Source: Octopus sinensis | Taxonomy: Eukaryota | NCBI RefSeq assembly: GCF_006345805.1 | Contig: NC_043011.1 | Coordinates: forward strand, 37,646,464-37,710,463 | Direction of reading: 5' to 3' | Length of the DNA stretch: 64,000 nucleotides | Shown here: positions 1 through 13,880 of the stretch, in pieces | Layout of the letters: every line of letters begins with the position of its first letter | Numbering within the stretch: position 1 is the stretch's first letter | The notes under the pieces: generated by a model | Databases searched by the model: none | What the model saw: the letters and a program-made list of their open reading frames with translations, nothing else | What the model was told of the DNA's origin: nothing | Position numbers and translations under genes: made by a program

Positions 1-489
1 ATAAAAATAACAGTAATTATTAAAATATATAACGTAAAGCATAGAAAGTAGGATGGTATCTTACAACTGTTTCAGCCAAGAGGCCATAGTACCCCACTCT
101 ACTTCCATCCCTACATGTGAACTGAAGCATAAAATAATCGGTTCCTTCCATAAAATCCTCAAACTTTTACCTACTTCTTTTTCCTGTTTTCTCGGTCTGC
201 CTTCGACAGTCGCTCAATTCTGGCACTATGATTATTTTAATATGTACACGCTTTCTAAGGTATGTTTGCGTCAACAGAAGTTTATTCTAAAAAGCCTTTT
301 ATGAAATACAGTTAAGATATCTATACACGTTCTGATTCAGTCTCTCTTGTTGAATGTTCAAACACACCATCTATGTTTCATGTAAACTTTACAGAATTCT
401 TGTCGAAATGCACCTACACGTTCCCCGTTAATATTTTCTCTTCCAGGAATAAATACATACTTCTTTCATTATTGGCTTAAAATATGCTC

Positions 490-625
490 CTCCGAGGTCG
501 ACTTTGCCTTTCATCCTTTCGGGGTTTATGAAATAAGTACCAGTAACGTACTGGTGTCGATGTAATCGACTATCCCTCTCTTCCAACTTTTCAGGCCATG
601 TGCCTATATGAGAAAGGTTTATTGG
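490..625 (+). mobile_element. 5'-truncated tRNA-derived SINE with Meta/MESC-like core and 'tail B'
   Basis: Core CCGAGGTCGACTTTGCCTTTCATCCTTTCGGGG...TAAGTACCAG...GTCGATGTAATCGACT recurs across the window (9836, 12440, 43060, 50500). Degenerate minus-strand copies follow immediately (about 625-920). The Meta/MESC name is from recalled similarity. Confidence 0.75.
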
Positions 626-1504
626 TTTCAAATTTTGGCACAAGCCAAGCACGTTCCGGTGGTACTTTATTTATCGACCCCGAAGGGAAGAAAGCAAGAG
701 TCTACTTTGACAGATTTAGAGTTTTCATTCTGGCAGCTCATCGCCGTCATTCTTTCGGTATTGGCAACGAAAATACAGGAACAATAACTGAACGAATAGA
801 CCGACTGTGCCATTCATGTTTTGGGATCGATAGAATAAAGACCACTTGAACACGGAGATCGATTCGTCCCTCCCTCTTCAAAACTGCGGACCTTGTACCA
901 AAATATGGAACCAATAACTAAATGGAAAAGACTTATAAACATTAGCATTATTGTAATATTGAAACTTGAAACATCCTCTCTGAACACAGTTACATGTCCG
1001 TGTGTTCTATATTTATGGTTGCTACGTAATCTGGAAATTCATTGCCACCACTAATACATCTGAACCTAAGAAACATTTTGTAAACTGTAAATCTTCCATT
1101 CCTTCTAAACACTATTGACGGTTAGCTTAATTTTCATAAACTATTTTGACAAATATTATGACATTTTTCCACTGAAATCTTTTCAGATTGTCACTTTATA
1201 AAACACATTTAAAACATAGATTTTACTGCAACATTTTTACTGTCATTCGTATCAAACATATGTTTATTATTTCAGTCATTATGTCAATTTTTTTTTTCAT
1301 TATGCTACGGCAATGACGGTGAAAACAGTGACGGCGCTGTCTGAGAATGTACAGATACATTACCTGTTGAAAAACTACAAGACTCAAAATGTGAAAGCTA
1401 AAACTTGTTGATTTCTTCATTATAAAGTTCTCAAGTAGGAATTATTTATATAACTGTTTACATGAATTTCTAATTTATGATAGACAGCGTGTATCCATAT
1501 ATAT

Positions 1505-1762
1505 ATTTCTCGGTTTCTATGGCCCATGTCTTTCCCCAGCTGGACGAGACGCCAGTTCATCGCAGCCTTACTCAAGAAAGATTGAGGGAAAGTTGGAGCA
1601 AAAGAGAGAGTACAAGAGGGGTCGCCACCATCCCCTGCCGAAGCCACATGGATCTTTAGGTGTTTTCGCTGAATAAACACACACAACGCCCGGTCTGGGA
1701 ATTGAAACCGCGATCCTCCGTCCGCGAGTCCACTGCCCTAATAACTGCGCCATTGCACCTCC
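1505..1762 (-). mobile_element. tRNA-Arg-like-head SINE (OR1-like) with V-domain-like tail
   Basis: Reverse complement has head GGAGGTGCAATGGCGCAG...GGATCGCGGTTTCAATTCCCAGACCGGGCG (A and B boxes) and the same body and tail as the copies at 11464 and 23470. Confidence 0.8.
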
Positions 1763-1820
1763 ATATATATATATATATATGTATCTATGTATATATATGC
1801 ATATGTATGTGTGTATAATC

Positions 1821-1894
<74 letters not shown>

Positions 1895-2005
1895 TGTATA
1901 TATGCATAAGTATATATATATATATATATATATATAAATATATGTACATGCATAACTATCTATTCATCAAACTCACTCTCTATCTCCCTCTCTCCCTCTC
2001 TCTAT

Positions 2006-2041
<36 letters not shown>

Positions 2042-2451
2042 GAGTTTTGGAACGGCTTGTAGGAAGGTATGAACAAAACATGATGCATATACACACCTGT
2101 AGAAATCGACAAAATTTGTACCAGATAGTAATAATTACTCTGGAGTTACGAACGAGTTAAACCATGAAAACTTGGCTGCTGTACGATGAGAGATATATGT
2201 AAAAGAGTAAAAGAATTTACGTGCCACTGTGAATGTGTTCGTCTCAGTATATTTATATTCAGAATACTTTGGTCTGAGAAGAGAGATAGAAAATGAGAAA
2301 GAGTACTTATGATGGAAATGTTTGCAAATATTTAGCAAGTATGTCAAGGTTACTCATCCCTTTTGACTGTAGAGAATATTGAGGGAAGTATTATCTTCTA
2401 CATCCGGTCAACCATTGACACAGAGATGTGAGCCAAATTAAAATAAAAAAT

Positions 2452-2502
2452 GATAATAAAAATAATATTAACAACACCAACAATAATATTAATAATAATA
2501 AC

Positions 2503-2570
<68 letters not shown>

Positions 2571-2590
2571 TAATAATAATAATAATAATC
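2452..2590. repeat. (AAT)n microsatellite
   Basis: Direct reading; produces the poly-Ile ORF 2450..2677. Confidence 0.95.
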
Positions 2591-5500
2591 CATGAATGTA
2601 TTGTGTCTATAAAATGGGTGAGAGGAGGTTGTTCTCGAAGGGAAAACAGAAATTATGTGAAGAACGTGTATGATTGATTGAATAGCAAAGTCATAGTGGC
2701 AATGGGGAATGATAAGGAATTACAAACGGGGGGAGGTTGAGAAGAAACAAAAAGAAATGTTAGTATTTTGGATATTTTCAATACAAAGGTTCACATGACT
2801 ATTTTCTTGTTTTCTTTTCTTAATATTAGAGTTTGTTAGAGGGAAATATATTTCAATAGAAAGTACGTCGTATGTTTTCGTTTCTATAGTCCATACTGGC
2901 ATAAATTAAGCAATTTATCACGCTAATCTATGAAGATGCTGGAAATGATAGAAACAACAGCAAAATCCCTCAACCAAAACAAGAATGTTGCATTGAAAAA
3001 TTAAGTCCTTTTCGCCCGAAATATGTTGTAATCGAGGCTCATATAGTTTCCGTCATTGGCCTGCTTGATTATAAATAATTTATGGCGAAAAATTTCCAAA
3101 CTGACACTCGTCATAAGTATTAATATATATTCCTGTGATCACACTAAATATTTCAGAGCTATTTATTTGGATACTTCTCCTCCTAATGTGATTGTATTAA
3201 ATTTTAAATATTGAAACCCTCTTTTGGCATACACACTCACACACACGTCCACTACTACATTCTTCCAGGTATCTCAGATTCTCTTTGACAGTCGCTCTAT
3301 TCTGCCACTAGAGATATTCTAATACACACATATTTGAAGATGTGGTTTGCATTTGCTGAATTTTGTAAAATAAAATTATAAAAGAAAGGTTGGCGAATTT
3401 AGACACTCAGATTCTACATTACTTACAGAGTGTTTCTTTAATATTTGCTTCGGTTCATATACCTACTATGTGTTTGTATTAAATCCTGGAGTAGTTCTCT
3501 CATTAATCAACTATACTACTTAATTGTCTATGTCTATCTGGAATCAAATCAACACATTCTTGCTGCCATTATTAGGAACGATGTTTTTCGATATTGAAGA
3601 TTGATTCATTCTGTTCAAACTCTATGACGTGCTATGCCTGATGCATAGGCATTATCCTTGATCCACAAATCACATTATAACGTATTCTAACAGGAAAGAA
3701 TAATGTAGTTTGAGATTCCCAAACAAAAGATGGGACGATTGTATTTGAAATGCCTTAGATCAAAGGTCAGCTTGATCAGGATTCACTTGTGATTAAAAAC
3801 AAAAAGATCAACACCGTCAAATTATTAGACAAACACCGAACACAGAAGTAATGTATTTTTATACCAACCGGCGCGTTCACTATGAGATATTATAAAGCTA
3901 TCATAAATGTATTGTCATTACTGGAAATCAGATTCTGCGCCATTAATTCAAAAATTTTCTCCCATCATCAGAATTTAGTCTATTCTCAGAATCTAATGCA
4001 CAGCAACTGATCCAGACTCGTAGAAAAAAAAATTGATAAATTGACTATAATTTTTTAAACTAATAATATTCAATAAAGAATTCTGTAACATTCTTCCTGA
4101 AATGCCATATAACACATCAATGATTAAAAGTAACATTGCACAATTTATTTCCGGGTATTAGTTAGTTCTGCTATTAAAATTTTATATGCGACTCAGTCTG
4201 AAGATTTTACGAAAAGCATAATAGGAAAAAATAGTGAAAAAATAAGAAAGTCATGAGAAATGATGACTTCGTTGAGAGAAATAGAAAATAACTTCTACAA
4301 ATCTTCTACGAATTTCAGTCCATATTCAAAGATTATGGTGAAAGAGAAAGCATTGATGTAATTTTGTTGCTTTCTTACTGACATTCAAATTTCCTCTCAG
4401 ACTTTGAATACACATATGTGTTCTGAACATTCACAGGATGCATAGAAACACACATAGGCACGTGTATACACATTCATGCATACCTTGGATCATAGCTTAT
4501 GCAACACCTGCAAATTTCTTGATTTTTAGAAAGCAGTGTAGAAAATCATTGTGCAATTCTCTCTTTATGTGTACGTGTGTGAGTGTGTCCGTGAGTGTGT
4601 GCGAGCGTGTGCGAGCGTGTGCGTATTACATTATTTTACTCATTTTCTTTCTACATTCTTGAAACTATTCATATGCTTGTTGTCTTTGTACTTAAATTTC
4701 AAAGAAGTTATTTTCTCTTTCTCACAACGCAATTTTGTAATTTCACTCTCTGCGTTTTCGTGAAATTTCAATACAAATTTATTTTTCTTCATGTTTGTTT
4801 TGTTCCTATATCTTTAATTTTTAAAAACAGTTTTTGTTTCGTTTATAAAATTTATCTCTGTAATTATACGGAACCTCATTACATTGGGAATTATTTCCTT
4901 TTAAGATGGGTGATAAAATTACCGGATAAAATACTGGAACAAAGGAAATTAGAGATTGTATTACCCTTCATAGAGATAATGGTGAGCTATGCAGAAGAGC
5001 AACGACTACAAGACCCAGCAGGGAAACAAAGAACTTAATAGTAAAAGGCTTTCAAAAATTAGTCTGTTATTTTCCTTATCAAAACTCTTCCTCTTAAGTT
5101 CCAGTTAAGTTGTGCATAGATGTCCTGTTCATGTCTAATCATTTGTATAGATTTAAATCCGGTGAATGACCTGCTCTTTGAATTTATGGGTGAAGTGGAA
5201 GAGTGAATCATGGATGTAATTCTTACAGAAACTCAGTTTGACACTGTGTGGGTTGAAACTTCGTATGAAATATACAGTCAATCCAATTGTTTTTTTTTTT
5301 AAATTGTCGATCATTTTCTGCTCAAAAGTCTCGGATCAAAATCTGGTGAACGACATTTGCCTAAGTTCCCATAGCGTGTGATCAAACCTTGGAGCTCATG
5401 TTTACCAAGCAAACTTCAAACATTTCCTCTATGGTGCGTGCTTAAGCAACACATGTAATATAAATACCTCCTTTGAAAGTTTCTTACACAATCACTTATT

Positions 5501-7278
5501 CGTTCTCGCTTACGTTACTACAGAATTAATGAGTGGAGTACTAACAACATCATCTATATATTTCACTGAATACTTATCATTTAATGTAGAGTTCTTAACC
5601 TTTTATCAGTGTCGCAGACATTGGTAGGAAGTAGGAATTGGGCTACCTTCAAAGTAGGGGATAAAACCTTGACCAAAAAATCACTGAGGCATGATGTCTA
5701 CTCAAAGCATTCAAGATCCCGATTGTAGAATCAAAGGCGTATTAAATTAGCCAAGGAATCGGGATGGAATTAGCTGGAATGTACATCACAAATCTTCTCG
5801 TCGGAAGTTCTAACAATTCCACCAACTCACTGCTCTGAAGGTCTGTACTTTAATTCTATTGCGCTCAAAAGAATGAAAAGCAAAACTGGTCGGCACTGTA
5901 TTTACATCATAAAGAAATTGTGATGTACGTCTCTAAAAGCTTTCTACAATTTCCATTTCAGAATATGCCTTCGTTAAACTAAGAAATTTAGTCAACATTT
6001 ACTTTTACAGTTTGGGAGTTTAGCTTGCACGTAGAATCTTTGGATGGCCTCTTATAAATTCGTGGAATTTAAATACATGATAAGAAATATTTTATGGCTC
6101 GCGATGTACTGATGACAAAGAAAGAAATTATGAACAGACATTTAACTTTAATATAGTAAAGGGATATCAAAATTTAATAAAATTTTAATTGTGATTAATT
6201 TTAAGTATTCTAATTATTTTTCTCTTTCATGTATGTATTTGCTGACATACCCCTATGTTTCTCCTATATTTTTCTTATACTAATTTCCTAACCCTTTCGA
6301 AATTGCATCTATTTTACTCCCAATCGAGTTGTGTCTTTCCCCTATCTTTGCACCATCCACCTTTCTACACTCTCTGTTCCTTTTCCTTCCATATATATAT
6401 TCTTCGTTGCCACCAAATACGTTCTTAAAATATTTCGCCATGTCTTTTAAAATTATCTCATTCGCTGATAGAATACACTGTTCACAAAATTAAATATCTG
6501 TTAAAATTCTCCTCACGACAAAGTAACCTTTAACACCAAAAACCACCACCAATCTCTTAGAATTGTAATGATTATATTTAATCTTGACAATCGTTTGGTT
6601 CATTCTATTGATCTGATATCACCAGGTAAAAATTATCTATTAATTATTATTTTGAACAAGCGAGAATTTAAACAGTCTGTAGCTCATACTTGATATATTG
6701 GCGTCACTAACAAGGGTTATATTTCTATTAAATATGTCATAATTTATTGAACCATGTCATTACAAATTCTATCACTCCTTGACTCTCTGTTTCTCTTCCT
6801 GCTACCCTCTTATTTTCGATATATTTCTCACACACTCAGAGACACATACACGCTACACGACTACATTATGTTGTCATACTTACGCACACAAACGTTCACT
6901 GCCTTTCAAATTCTTCAGCTAGCCAAGCATTGAGCCAGAACAAATGTTCTACTTGCAAATAAAACTCCATTTCTCTATCATCTTTTCTATATTTTCCTTT
7001 CTTTCTTTACTTCTTTCCTTCTTTCTTTCTTACTTTTCTCCTCACTTCAAGAACTTTATAAACTATTCACTGATCATGAAGTGGAAATTCCTCGTGTCAA
7101 TTCTAATATCATTTCGACAAGTCACTGCAATAAATGAGGGATATTTAATCTTTAACAATAATTCTATAATGGCCTTCATTTTGTTAAATAGAAAGACCAC
7201 GCACGCACATTTCAGATATTAATAATAGTGATAATAATTACATATAAATATATGAATACGTATATATCTATTATATAT

Positions 7279-8418
7279 CGGAGGTCTGATCAATAAATAT
7301 CCGTACTGTTGCCATAGTAAAATAAAATAAATGCGCCCTTTTAAAGCCTAGCCAGGCTCATGGCCCCGGTTTCCAGGTTTCCATGGCGTATGTATTCCCC
7401 AGCTGGACGGGACGCCAGTTCATTGCAGCGTTACTCATTTTTGCTAGCTGAGTGGACTGGAGCAACGTGAAATGAAATGCTTTGCTCAAGAACACAACGC
7501 GTCGCCCGATCCAGGAATTGAAACCACAAACTTACGATCATGGTACTGACACCCTAACCACTAAGCCACGGGCCTCCACCTGTTGCCATATTAACGAAAC
7601 TAAAGTACGCAGAGTGGAGTCACTTGACAACGATTGGCTTTGAATTCTGCTGTGCATGCGCACTAAGTTTTAACTTTGTAGATCTCACTTCCGCTATTTA
7701 CAGCAGTGCTTGGAAGGAAAGTGTAAAAGGTGTGAACGTCGCATTGACCATGAATGTGCATCAACTTTTGCTCAGGGGCCTACGCAAAATTGAAAAAAGT
7801 GTATGGAGAGGAGTGTAAGAGCCGAAAAAGTGTCGATAGTGACGGACGTTTTGGGGTCCCGTAACCAACAGAACTGAAAAAAATATCGCATATCTTATTG
7901 CATCTGTAATGAGGAATCGTCTAGTCTCCATCCGTGAGTTATGAGAGGATGTGCAAGGTATTTACGGTTCAGTTCAGTCCATTATCACAGATTTGTGTAA
8001 GAGATGCATGTCTGCCAAGGTTGTGTCAAGACAGCTTTCTGCCGAAAACGTACCGTCCCATTCGGCGCGGCTTGTGCAACAGTTTTGACTAAACACAGCA
8101 ACCCTCAGGTTCGACAGCCACCATATTCCCCAGACCTCGTCCCTTGCGACTTTTCCTCTTTTAAAAAATAATCAAATCCTGCTTGAAAGGGAGAAAATTT
8201 CAGGACGTCGAAGAAGTCAAAGCGAATGCGACGAGGCAGCTGCTATTATCCCAGACAACGAGTTCGAGGGATGCTTCCATCAATGGAGACAGCACTGGAC
8301 GAAATGTGGTGTAGCTTCCGAAGAGGACTACTTTGAAGGAGATTAAATGCGAAATTGCTACGCGCTATAGTTCCGATTTAATTGCCTCTGTCCGGATGCT
8401 TGTTGATCAGACGTGGTA
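7279..8418 (+). mobile_element. Decayed mariner DNA transposon with both TIRs, interrupted by a SINE
   Basis: Left TIR GAGGTCTGATCAATAAATATCCGTAC and right TIR GTCCGGATGCTTGTTGATCAGACGTGGTA. Frameshifted transposase remnant reads QPPYSPDLVPCDF, LKGRKFQDVEEVKANATRQL and EEDYFEGD* (stop near 8346). Confidence 0.85.
7317..7579 (-). mobile_element. tRNA-derived V-domain-type SINE inserted in the mariner left end
   Basis: Head GTGGAGGCCCGTGGCTTAGTGGTTAGG and V-like AACTGGCGTCCCGTCCAGCTGGGG on the minus strand. Target-site duplication CTGTTGCCATA at 7306-7316 and 7580-7590. Confidence 0.85.
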
Positions 8419-8645
8419 TATATATATATATATAATATATATATATGTATATATACGCACATATTTCCACACACACACACACATATGTATATATGGAGGC
8501 GCATGGCCTAGTGGTTAGAGCAGCGGTATAGCCCTCAGATTATGTAAAGAGTCAATCTCTGTAATTATAAGCTCCGGACAATACACGCATACACACGCAC
8601 ACGCATACACACACATAAATATATGTATGTGTGTGTGTATATATA

Positions 8646-8699
<54 letters not shown>

Positions 8700-8715
8700 A
8701 TATATATTATATATA

Positions 8716-8759
<44 letters not shown>

Positions 8760-8858
8760 AATAATTATTCATTTTAAAAAACAACATTTATTTCCGGGTA
8801 GATTTCGGTATGGGAATATAACCATTATCGGTAGGAACTTTTTTAAAAAAGTTCTATG

Positions 8859-9070
8859 TATATAAATATATAAATAAAAGTGCAAGTAACAGGTTGCTTA
8901 GCCACATATCGAAAAATTAGGAATAGCAGTCAAAGACCGCTTATTTCTATGTTGTATGTGGAGTTATATATGTAGAAAATAGAAATAATCGGTCTTTGAC
9001 TGCTATTTCTAAATTTTCGGTATGTGGTTAAGCAACCTGTTGTTTGCCCTTTTATTTATATATTTATATA
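8859..9070. mobile_element. Fold-back element (about 90-bp inverted arms, 28-bp spacer) embedded in (TA)n
   Basis: Arms 8859-8950 and 8979-9070 are reverse complements, with 8 mismatches in the 79-nt non-TA part. Confidence 0.75.
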
Positions 9071-9640
9071 TATATATATATGCTCCAAACGTCAATCCAT
9101 CTTTCTTTCCTTCCCTGAGCGTCTGCTAATACTCTACATGTTCCACGTATTCACGTTGTTGTTTTTGTGCTCGTTCTTCGTTTTGGGGGATTTATGATAT
9201 ATATATATATATTATATATATATATATAATATATATATATATATATTATATATATAATATATATATACTTATATATCTGCACTCACACATTCAAGTGTCT
9301 GCGTTAAAGAAAATTGTTTCTGCCACGAAAGTAACATTGACACAACATTTGTCTCTGCACAGCAAAGATAAGCGTAGGCACGTAATGCATAAACAAATAA
9401 TTCTCTTGACAGTAGAATGACGTGAAGTATTGTAAAAAAATAAAGCTATATTTTAAAATTCTAAAATAAAAACAAGTCTATCTTTTAAAATTAGATAAAA
9501 AATATTGAAGCATTTCATAAAATTTCAGTATATATAGTGAAGACATTTGTTGAAATAGTATTGGTATTGTAATTTATCGTGATGTATTTGGATTTTAAAA
9601 AAAAGTCTTGATTTACAAGTGCGTAGGTTTTGCTATTCTG

Positions 9641-9985
9641 AAGGCGGCGAGCTAGCAGAAACGTTAACACGCCGGGAGAAATGCTTAGCTGTATTTCGTC
9701 TGCCGCTACGTTCTGAGTTCAAATTCCGCCAGTGCGTTTGTCTGACCTTGTTTCTCGCCTCTGTGTATAGTCGCTTGTGCGTAGTAAAGAAATAGGTATC
9801 TCGACTGCTACTACGTTCTGAGTTCAAATTCCGGCGAGATCTACTTTGCCTTTCATCCTTCCGGGGTCGATTAAATAAATACCAGTTACGCACTGGGGTC
9901 GATATAATCGACTGAATCCGTTTGTCTGTCCTTGTTTGTCCCCTCTGTGTTTAGCCGCTTGTGGGTAGTAAAGAAATAGGTTTTG
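9641..9985 (+). mobile_element. Meta/MESC-core SINE with Tx1-like tail, plus a nested extra tail copy
   Basis: Head AAGGCGGCGAGCTAGCAGAAACG. A 40-nt segment is duplicated (9691-9730 and 9796-9835) around a 65-nt tail fragment. Then follow the core and the tail ...GTGGGTAGTAAAGAAATAGG. Confidence 0.8.
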
Positions 9986-10844
9986 ATATTTTTGAGATGA
10001 TCTGTTTTTTTTTTTTAAATCTCAGTACCGCCTCTCTCTCTAACATGCTTCCTCTCTCTTCCCTTTATTTACTATGCCTGAATTTCTTTTGAACTTTTTT
10101 GTTTATTGCGTTTCCTACCTACATTTGCAACACTAGCATATATTCTGAACGCAGTGAAACGAAGGAGTGCGATATTTAGCAGATTTAAAATGTCTTTTAT
10201 TCCATTATATTCAAGTAGACAATCAAATAATGTCTTGCCTGGAATAGCTAATAGAAATTAACGAACGCGTACAGACAATTGTTTAAGAACGTCGCCTTAA
10301 AAACATTACTTATTCGGTTTACAATCAGAGGGCATCATTTTTATAGAACATCATTTATTAAATACTGTGTTTTGGCTGACGTTAGAGAGATGTGGGTTGC
10401 AGATGAGGCGGTCTTTAAACCAAATATTGGAGTAATATAAAAGATATGGTTTGTGTATGTGTTTTCTTTGTTTCATCTACAATAGGCGCTGAAGACATTA
10501 ACTCTGTATTATAGCTATTAGAAAATTTATCTTGTAAACAAATATGCATTTATTTTCGTCTTTCGTCAAAGTACATTTTTAAATGAGTAATTGTGTGTTA
10601 AACAGCTTTAAGCTATTGTCAGTCTCGTAAATGGAAAGTAATTACAACAAAAATTTTAACAACAAACATGACAATAACTAGCGTTTGATATTTGTAAAAT
10701 TTGAAACAGAAATCATTAAATATAACTTAAGAAAAAAAAATGTTATTTATTTTAATAAGTAATATTAACAAAGAAATGGAAAATTTTACAACAATTTTTG
10801 TAATAAACTTAAGCAACTAAGGAAATTACAAGTAGACATAAATA

Positions 10845-11090
<246 letters not shown>

Positions 11091-11463
11091 CATTAAAACA
11101 TCTACATGTAAATTTATAATATACGGGGATGGTGAAACTTGAATAGTTATTATTTCCGTGCTTCTTAGTTTATATATGTATATTATTATTCCGCTTTCTT
11201 TCAAGATATCTTCCCAATGGATATGGTATAAAGAAAGAAAGAAAAAAGAGAGAATGAGAGAAGGAGGGAGAGTCTTTAACTTAGACCCGAGGATCTCTCG
11301 ATGAAATTTCACCAACATTAACACGGTAGCTGCGTGTATGGGGGCAAACATTTGTTGTCACTGCAGGTATACTTATACCTACTGTTGTGTTACTAAATGT
11401 GCATATATGCATGTGTGCGAAATATAGCTGTCTGATTTATTTATCATTGTATATGTACACAGC

Positions 11464-11747
11464 GTGGAGGAGCAATGGCCCAGTGTTTAGGACAGCGGAC
11501 TCGCGGTCGGAGGATCGCGGTTTCGATTCCCAGACCGGGCGTTGTGTGTGTTTATTGAGCGAAAACACCTAAAGCTCCATGAAACTCCGGCAGGGGGCAC
11601 CAATGTTGTACTCTTTCGCCCCAAATTTCTCTCACTCTTTCTTCTGGCGTCCCGTCCAGCTGGGAGTAACACGTACGCCATAGAAACCGGTAAACCGGAC
11701 CTATGATCCTGACTAGGTTTGAAAAAGGCGCGTAAATAAATAAAAAA
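11464..11747 (+). mobile_element. Full-length tRNA-Arg-like-head SINE (OR1-like, V-type tail) with 13-bp TSD
   Basis: A and B boxes in the head; A-rich tail; TSD ATATGTACACAGC at 11451-11463 and 11748-11760. Confidence 0.9.
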
Positions 11748-12355
11748 ATATGTACACAGCAGGTTCACATATTCACTTACATAATTAGACACTCATATAT
11801 ACACATATAAGCACATATTGATCTGAAGTATATACTGGTAATAGTCAATCAGCTTCTCTCATTTCATTCTAAACACAAATTGATCTCAGTAGATAGGAAT
11901 TTAAAAGTCCGGTATTTATTTCATCAACTCTTTTGCCAAACTACTAAATTATGTGAACATATGCAAATCAAAAACTGATGTCAAACGTTGGACTGATGAA
12001 TGTATGTGAACAGCGGCAAATCAAAAACTGATCAAAAAAATTTTGACTGATGAACGCGAAGATACTCTCTCTCACACACACACGCACACATACACACACC
12101 TACACACAAGCAACACTCACACAAACACACACATGCAAACAGACACACATACATACATTCACATACGCACGCATACATACATATATGTATATATATACAC
12201 CATGAGCATCCTCTGTATCGTGTTAAGTCACAAGAAATTCATCTGCCCCGGGCTATAGTAGAGATCATTTTGCTTTAGGTGCCTCAGAGTGGGACTGAAC
12301 TGGAAAACCACGTTGCTGCTAATCAAATGTTTTCACCACAGAAACGTTTGTGCCT

Positions 12356-12580
12356 TGGCGGCGAGTTCGCAGAAACCTTAGCACGCCGGGCGACATGCGT
12401 ATTGTTATTTCCTCTGTCTTTATGCTCTGAGTTCAAATTCCGCCGAGTTCTACTTTGCCTTTCATCCTTTCGGGGTCGATAAATTAAGTACCAGTTACAT
12501 ACTGAGGGCGATATAATCGACTGAATCCCTTTGTCTGTCCTTGTTTGTCCCCTCTATGTTTAGCCTCTTATGGGCAATGA
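12356..12580 (+). mobile_element. Meta/MESC-core SINE with Tx1-like tail
   Basis: Colinear with the copies at 9641 and 50410 (head, CCTTTCATCCTTTCGGGGTCGATAAATTAAGTACCAG core, TTTGTCCCCTCTATGTTTAGCC tail). Confidence 0.8.
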
Positions 12581-13640
12581 AGAATGAAGAAACGTTTGTG
12601 CCCTGTTAATACTTTTTGGGTATTCATTATCGTATGTATGTTTAAAGTATTTAAAGACATGATCCTCATGTAAATCCGAGTAGCCACATAATATTTTTGT
12701 TTTTCCTGCCTCATCTGTTTATAATTTGAATAACTACCTTATAAGTAGTCATAAAATTATATTCAAGAAAATATGTGGAGAATTTCAGAACGAACGCGAA
12801 TTCTTTTGTTTAGCGTAAAAGCCTTGAGTTTTAACGTAAGCTGATGGAAAAACATTATCCTTCTATGAAAACATGCTTACAATATTAAGAGTTAACAAGG
12901 GCGTTCAGGTTGCAGATAATGTTCAGGTGCTGCAATTAACTTTTGGAGGTTACAATTTCAGTAAGAATGATGTGTCAGTGTTCAGAAATCTTAACACTGA
13001 GACGTACGTAATTATATCTATCCTGATAAGTAATTTGTCAATGCTCTTACAGAAATGGCTATTTATCACTCAAGCTGTGCTGATTATTATAATAACTGTG
13101 ATAATGCAAACGTTATATAAATGTGATAAAGCTTTCAGGTCTATAGTTAAGTCACTATAATTACTTTCCTTATCAGCTTGATCTGCACAACCTGATTGTA
13201 ACTTGACATTAGCAACTGCGCAATCGTCATTTTATCCTGGAAAATGATTTCCGCTTATAACATAGTAATTTATACACTACGCACAAAGGAAAATTCCGTA
13301 GCATTTTTACAATTTCATTTTCTAAGCGGTTGGATTTTCTTAAGGGTTCGAAAGAACAACTTAAAGCTGTTCATTTGCCAGAAGAATATACAGCTGCTCT
13401 TCTGCGCTTTCGAAACTCCGAATTTATCTTATAAAGAGTCACATAAGACATTCTGATACGACGTTCGGTATTTACCCAGGAATTGCTCTACGCAAACGAT
13501 ATTAGTTACCATATGGTAAATGTTGCGCCACTTGCAAAGCCACAAATCAAGGTAACGATGAGGTAAATATAGGCATCAGCCTCGTAATTATTTACATTAT
13601 TTACATTCGGCGGATATTTGTCCTCATCTTGTTTGTTGTT

Positions 13641-13686
13641 AACACAACGTTTCGACGGAGATACCCTCCAACCTTCTTCAGGTGTC
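13641..13686 (-). ncRNA. Minimal type-I hammerhead ribozyme motif (Penelope-like element terminal repeat), stem II partly decayed
   Basis: Minus strand GACAC-CTGAAGA-aggttGGAGggtatCTCCgtc-GAAAC-GTT-GTGTT. Stem I is GACAC/GTGTT and stem III is the palindromic zero-loop ACGT type. Confidence 0.65.
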
Positions 13687-13724
13687 TGGGGAAAATTTCA
13701 TTCCTAAGGTATTTTTCGATGTTA

Positions 13725-13730
13725 TTATTA

Positions 13731-13766
<36 letters not shown>

Positions 13767-13775
13767 GTGGTAGTA

Positions 13776-13816
<41 letters not shown>

Positions 13817-13841
13817 TGTTGTTGTTGTTGTTGTTGTTGTT

Positions 13842-13880
<39 letters not shown>

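Noticed and set aside
4906-5038. Candidate terminal exon WVIKLPDKILEQRKLEIV...
   Set aside because: Acceptor only, no recognisable family and no supported upstream exon; nearby DNA looks like decayed LINE.
11464-11540. tRNA-like sequences (also 1690-1762, 18005-18080, 20150-20225, 50570-50640)
   Set aside because: They are SINE heads continuous with SINE bodies and tails, not tRNA genes.
12873-13456. Protein-like ORFs 12873..13160 and 13244..13456
   Set aside because: Several frames are open, the splice sites are ambiguous and no motif is recognised.
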